This document shows, one piece after another, positions 58,592 to 64,000 of a stretch of 64,000 nt of DNA. The position numbers were made by a program, and so were the translations under genes. The number at the start of each line of letters is the position of its first letter. Position 1 is the stretch's first letter. Source of the DNA: Scenedesmus sp. PABB004 (taxonomy: Eukaryota). The DNA lies in contig JABVCE010000030.1 in the NCBI GenBank assembly GCA_014905635.1, forward strand, positions 310,001 to 374,000, written 5' to 3'. The notes beneath the pieces are model-generated. The model was not told the DNA's origin. It made no database searches and saw only the letters and a list, made by a program, of their open reading frames with translations.

Positions 58592-59807
58592 ATGAGCGGC
58601 CGGGCGCCCGGCGAGAAGCGCGTGCGGGCCCCCAGCCGGCGCTACGCCGGCGAGGAGTGGCAGACCGGGGACTCGCAGGCACGCAGAGCCGGGCGCTGCG
58701 CGCTGCTGGTGCAGCCGGCGCAGCGCGGCAGCGGCAGCAGCGGCGCGCCGCGCCCGCGCCCGAGCGGCCCGCGCCGGCCCGTGCCAGGCGGGCGAAGGCG
58801 AGGTGGACGATGACTACGAGCCGCCACCGTGCAAGAAGCGCGCCGCCAAGCCGCGCGGCGCGGCGGCAGCGCCCGCGCCCGCCGCGCTGGCCCCCGCGCC
58901 GCCCGCGCCCGCGCCCGTGCGGCGCACGCCCGCGGCGCGCCGCCGGCAGCTGGCGGCGGCGCTTGCGGCGCGCGGGCTCGAGCTGCGCTCCGACTCTGCG
59001 CTGTGCGAGGAGTTCATCCGGCACGGCGGGGGCATTGGCCAACTCGAGGCGCGCATGCGCAGCGCGCGGCGCGGGACAGGCGCGCGGCGGCCCGGCCTCA
59101 CCCTGTCCCCGCCGCGGCGCCGCCGTGCACGTGGCAGTACGTGGTGAAGGTGATGGACCAGATGCGCTTCTACCACGCCCACACGGACTACGAGGACTTC
59201 CGCGAGGAGGCGAGCCCTCGCGGCCGCCACGTGGCGGCCCGTGCACGGGCCGCGGGGCGCGCGGCCGCGGGGCGCGGGTGGCCGCCGCGGGGCGCGCGGC
59301 GCCGCGGGCCAGCAGCGCGCGCGCGCGCAGGGGGGTGTGGCGCGGGCCTCGCCCGCGCGCGCTGATCGGGGCGCCGCGACCGCGCGCCGCGCGTCGGCAG
59401 GAGTTTCACGCCATGCGGCGCGAGTGCAACTACGTCGACTCCATCGAGGTCTCCAGCGTGGCGCAGGACACCGCGCTCCGCGACTGGGCCAGCAGGCGCG
59501 CCGCCGCTGGCTCTGCCCCCGGCGCCGGCGCGGCCGCCCTGCTCGGCAGCTGCAGCTGCAGATGGCGGCCAGCCGTTGCTGCGACGCCTCGGGCGCCGAC
59601 CGCGCTGCCGCGCGGGCCCGCAGGTTCCCGAGCCGCCAGGCGGCGGCCGCCGCGCCCGAGCTGCCCGAGAGCCTGCGCGACGCCGTGCTCGCCCTCCCGT
59701 GGCCGTGCAACATCGAGCGGCCGGCGCCCTACGCGAACGACAGCGACGACGAGGACTCCCGCGACCGCTGGGGCGGCGGCGGGCGGCCCTGGTACGATCG
59801 CTACTGA
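58592..59807 (+). CDS. Uncharacterised, probably nuclear protein with an 'RRxQLxxALxARGLELRSDSxLC...M.FY..HT.Y' domain; 5 exons, all four introns GC-AG
   Basis: Exons 58592-58678, 58788-59048, 59138-59209, 59401-59495 and 59624-59807 splice in frame; NLS-like PPPCKKRAAKPR. Confidence 0.75.
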
Positions 59808-59813
59808 GCCGCG

Positions 59814-60410
59814 CGGCGGCTCCGCACACGGCGTTTGGCGCACGCGCAGGCTGCGCAGTTGAGAAAGTTGGCCGCAGCGGGGCGCGCACCGGTTGGCAAA
59901 CGAGCACGCGACTGCCGCGCGCTGGCTCGCGCGTGCCCGGCAGGCTCGCTGGCCAGGAGCTTCCGGGAGCCTGGGCCGAGCCGAACAGCAGACCACACCG
60001 TTTCAGGCCACGCAGTCAGCAAAAGGCCGCCGTTCGGGCTGACGCGCTGACCGTTCAGTCGGCGCGGCGCCCGGCCAGCTGCCCCGCCGGCTGGCGCCAA
60101 GCCGCCCCGCCACCACGCGCCAACACTCCCGCCGTCCACCCCTCGAGCACCCGGCAGGCCTTGGCGCGCCCGCAGAGGCTCACGGACGCGTGCAGCAGAT
60201 GGCACCGGCGGCGGCAGCAGCAGCGCCGGAGCGGAGCGCCGGCAGCAAGGCGCCCGACATCGACGCGGCGTCTGACCACTCGTCCGTGGGACCCCGCCGC
60301 TCGCCCGCGCACCTCTCGACCTGGCGCAGCGTGCGGTGGGGCCGCGTGTTCAAGTACCAGACATGGGGCGGCCTGCTGGTGCTGCTGATCGCCGGCATCA
60401 TCGTCGGCGT
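59814..60410 (+). pseudogene. Right arm of the inverted duplication: orphan copy of the PAP2 promoter and truncated exon 1
   Basis: Encodes the same [22 protein letters not shown]...LLVLLIAGIIVGV as PAP2, then homology stops abruptly at 60410. Confidence 0.88.
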
Positions 60411-60510
60411 CCACAAGAGTTGCCAACTGCCGGCCGCCCCACGCGCCGCCGCCGCCTGGGCCTCGACCAGCCGCAAACCCCAGCCTGCCAGCTGCCCACC
60501 CCGCGCGCCG

Positions 60511-61955
60511 TCAGCACAGGGTGAACTCGGCGAGCTGCGCCGTCGCGTCGCGCAGCCAGCCGATGGGGCGCTGGCTCGCGAAGAACCGCAGGCCCTCGAC
60601 CAGGCCCGTCACGTCGCGCGGCGCGAGCTCGGGCGCCTGCCGCCGCACGACGGCCACGAGCGCCGCGAGCCAGGGCTCCGGCGGCGCGACGCCAACGAAG
60701 AGCAGCCCGCGCACGACGTCCAGCAGCTGCGGGACGCTCCAGTGCTCCAGGCCGGGCGCGGTCGCCGCGAAGAACGCGTCCAGCAGGGCCCGCGGCGGCG
60801 GCAGCAGCAGCAGCAGCATCGTGTGCGCGAGGCGGTGCCCCAAGCCGCCCGCGAGCAGCAGCGCGTGCCCCGGCTGCTCCGGCAGCTCCGGCAGGTCCTG
60901 CGCCTGCTGCTGCTGCTGCTGCTGCTCGAGCTGCTGCTGCCGCCGCTGCTGCTCCTCGTCCGCGAGCTGGCGGCCGAGGCAGTCGAGCACCTTGGCCCGG
61001 AAGGCCGGACTCTGCAGCTGGTCGTCGTCGACGTTGACGTTGGCCCACCTGCGGCGCCGGCGGCGGCAGAGCGCGCGCTCGGGGCGGCGCAGCGACCGCG
61101 GACGGCAGCCGAGTCGCGCGCCGGTGCTCGCAGCGCTTTGCTGGGTGCTCACCGCATCGCGCATGCGAGGGCGATGGCAAAGTCAGCGAGCTGCTCCAGC
61201 GCCGCCGGCTCGGCGCCGCCCGGCAGCGGCGGCTCGGGCTGCTCCCCCGGCTGCGGGGTCGGCTGCCGGCGCTGCGGCCGCAGCAGCTCGCGCTGCGTGC
61301 CCGCCGCCCACGCCGCCGAAACGTCGCCGAGCCATGCCGACCAGCTCGCGGGGTCGGCGGCGGCGAGCGGCCGATTCCAGCGTGGCGTGCCCCAACCGAT
61401 AGCCATAGGCTGCACCACGGGGATTGGCAGCCCCGCCAGGGCCGCCACGATGCGCGCCAGCGCGCGCGGCGATGCGCCGCCGTCGGCGCAGCGCGCGGCG
61501 ATGCGCGCCGGCGATGCGCCGCCGCCGCCGCCGTCGGCGCAGCGCGCGGCGACCTCCGCCCGCAGCGTGAGCAGCCAGGAGGTGTGGGGCAGCTCCTCGG
61601 CGATGTACGCCAGCTGCTCCAGCTCCCGCTGCGCCCCGCCGCAGCCGCCCGCGCGCTCGAGCGCGGCGGCCGCGCGAGAGGTGCAGGCGACGGCGTCGAG
61701 CGTCGCGGCGAGCTGCTCCAGGGACATGCCCGGGAGGGCGCGCTCGAGCTGGAGCATGTGTTCCGCGAACTCCGCGCGCGAGAGCAGCTCCGCGCCGGGC
61801 GGGCCCCACGCGTCCGGCGGCGGCGGCGGCGTGCTGCTGCTGCCGGCCGCGAGCGCGCCGCGCCTGCTGCAGCGCCTGGCCCGGCCCGCACGCGCTGGTG
61901 CTGCTCTACTGCGCGACGGACCGGGCGCCGTGCGCCCGGACAGGCGCGCCAGCAT
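60511..61955 (-). CDS. Organelle-targeted helical-repeat protein (OPR/RAP-like); 2 exons
   Basis: Arg/Ala/Ser-rich transit-like N-terminus; SPRALARIVAALAGL, PPPRALLDAFF, GVAPPEPWLAAL and LAPRDVTGLV resemble octotricopeptide repeats. Confidence 0.6.
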
Positions 61956-62125
61956 AGGGGAGGCCGCGCGGAATCTGCTGGCCGCAGCAACAGCTGTAAC
62001 GGGCGTCTCCAGGCGTGGCCGCGCGAGGGAAGTGTGCTTCCCGGACCGCACAAGCTCACGGGACCGTCACCGCCGCAAGCAGGCACCGCGGCGCGGCGGC
62101 GCACGCCGCAAACCGCGTCAGCCCG

Positions 62126-64000
62126 TCACCGCGCTGGCCGGCGCTGCGCGAGCGTCGCCGCCGCCACGCCCGCCGCGAGCGCCGCCAGGCCCAGCAGCAC
62201 GCCACGGTCCGCCACGCCGCCGGCGCCGCCGAGCTGCACGGGCCCGAGCGCGACGGGCGCCGACCACGCGCCCGGCGCGCCGCTGCCGCCCCCGCCGCCG
62301 CCTCTGCCGCTGCCGCCCGCGCCGCTGCCCGGGCTGCCTTGGCCCGCCGCGGCCGTGGCGCCCGCCGCACCGCCGCCCGCGGCGGGCGCCCCGTCGTCGG
62401 GCGGGCCGGCCGCGCAGGCGCGCAGGCGCGGCGTCGGCCGCACCGGCGAGACGCTCCCGAAAAAGTCTGTCACGCGCACCGAATCGAGCGGGCGGCGATA
62501 GTTGCGCGCGTCGCAGTGAAACGTCGAGTCGAGCACCTCGTGCCTGCGCGGCGGGCGCGCGGCGCGGGCGCGGCGGACTCGGCGCCCGCCCGCGCCGCAA
62601 CCGCGCCGTCCGCCGCGCTGCGCCTCGCAGCGCCCCGCCGCGCCGCGCGGCCGCCGCTTGTGGCGCGCACGCGGCCCCTGCGCGCGCTCGTGCCTGTAGA
62701 TGGCCATGAGGTCGGCGAGCGTCGCGTTGGAGTGGCTGTCGACGCGCTCGAAAAAGTCGAGGCTGGACCAGGTGAAGCGATCGATGAGCGACAGGCCCAC
62801 GTCGGCGTCAGTCACGTGGCTGTAGCTGCTCTCGCCCTTGAGGCTGCTCGCCATCGCGAGCACGTTGGGCGAGCTGCGCGCGCGCGGCGTGCGTGGCGCG
62901 CGTGGCGTGCGCGGGCGTCAGCGGCTGCGGCGCGCGGCCGCGCGAGCGGCGGGCGCGTCGCCGGCGCGGCGCACGTGATTCGCGAGTAGAGCGTGGCGGC
63001 CTGGCACGTCTCCACGACCAGCAGCAGCTCCCGGTAGCGCCCCTTCTCGTGCATCTGCTGCACCGCGTCCGCGACGTCCTGCAAGCGCGCGCGCGGCGGC
63101 CGCGTGCGCGGCGGCGGTCGCGCGCGCGTGGGCGCCGCGACGCCCACGGCGGGCGGCGCCGGCGGCGGGGGCGCCGACGGACCTGGGCCATGAGCTCTGC
63201 GGTGTCCTGAAACTTCATGAACTCGTTGCCGCCGTGACCGCTGATGTACACCTGCGCCCGGCGCGTTGGTGGGCGGCGCGGCGCGGCGCGGCGCGCGTGG
63301 CGGACCGCGCGGGCGCGCGGGGCGGCGTCCGCGGCGCACCAGCACGTTGCTGCCGCGGTCCGAGAGCATGCGCTTCGGCCGCGGCACCGCGGGGTCGTGC
63401 CGGCCTGCGGCGGCGCGCGCGGGGCGGGGCTCGGACGGCGCGCGCGAGCGCCCGCGGCGCCGCCCGCCGCCCGCCGTCCGCCGCCGCCCGCCACCGCGCC
63501 GCGCCCGCCTGCCGCCCGCGCCCGCGGCCGCCGCCCGCGCTGTGTTCCGCCGCCGCGTGTCGCACCGGTGAGGACGCGGATGAAGTTTTCGACCGTCACC
63601 TCCGCGCCGCGGTAGTCGACCTCCACGGTGGACCCATACACGTTGAGCGCGTGGCCCGCGTCGTTGAAGACGGCGCCCGGGTGCGCGTTGCGCGCGTTGC
63701 ACGCGACCTCCTCCGCGAGCATGAGCACGATGTGGCTGTCGGGGATGCCCAGGCGCTTCACTGCGGCCCCCGCGGGGGCTGGGGCTCGGCGGCCCGCAGC
63801 GTCGCGCGCGGCGCGCGCGCGAGCGACTGGCGCACCCGTGCGGTAGAAGGAGAGCGCGTTGGCGATGTGACGGTAGTTGTACCAGTACTTGGACGTCGCG
63901 ACGAGCACCGCCCAGTTGCTCGTGTGCGGCGCGGGCTCCGGCGCGTGCGGCGCCGCTGCTGGCGCTGCTGCGGCCGCGGCGGCCGCGAGCGCGAGCAGCG
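62126..64000 (-). CDS. GPI8: GPI-anchor transamidase catalytic subunit (C13 peptidase); the 5' end lies beyond the window
   Basis: [69 protein letters not shown]; catalytic YISGHGG and VETCQA; ESSYSH; C-terminal TM segment. Confidence 0.95.

Noticed and set aside
58591..58594. Overlapping divergent ATGs (CATG) starting both cassette genes
   Set aside because: The minus-strand ATG does not splice in frame with the MYND coding exons at the obvious donor/acceptor; the ATG at 58357 fits better.
54900..60410. Autonomous DNA transposon
   Set aside because: There is no transposase motif and no clean target-site duplication, and one arm is the functional 5' end of PAP2. Kept only as a non-autonomous or rearrangement hypothesis.
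1..64000. tRNA or rRNA genes
   Set aside because: I recognised no cloverleaf or rRNA signature by eye; a tRNAscan/Infernal run would be needed to exclude them fully.

Overview
Very GC-rich, intron-dense nuclear DNA from a chlorophyte green alga. The short GC-rich introns, TGTAA poly(A) signals and TTTAGGG motifs suggest Sphaeropleales/Selenastraceae, but that is inference. Most long ORFs in the supplied track are GC-driven shadow frames; the real genes emerge only by joining exons at GT/GC-AG junctions. I can reconstruct about 23 spliced genes: isoamylase (3' part), ILR3-type bHLH, axonemal dynein LC1, a large MYND protein, an SRA-SET histone methyltransferase, a secreted Cys-rich/LRR protein, an AFG2/SPATA5-like AAA ATPase, a HAD phosphatase, a GH31 glucosidase, PEX13, NEK and Raf-like kinases, a head-to-head VTC4/VTC1 polyphosphate-polymerase pair, an ankyrin protein, an F-box/SAP-like protein, a CBS protein, a myristoylated unknown, a PAP2 phosphatase, a second MYND protein, an 'LRSDSxLC' domain protein, an OPR-like protein and GPI8 (5' end cut off). 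Most notable: (1) a recent ~600-bp inverted duplication of the PAP2 promoter and first exon (54900-55499 / 59814-60410) brackets a 4.3-kb cassette of two divergent accessory genes, and the right copy points antisense into the OPR-like gene; (2) AG|GC-AG introns are very frequent, and one gene uses only GC donors; (3) telomere-type TTTAGGG/CCCTAAA motifs sit in introns with strand polarity; (4) the two VTC subunits share a 410-bp divergent spacer; (5) four single-base frameshifts fall in homopolymers and are probably assembly errors. All exon boundaries were set by eye and are approximate.
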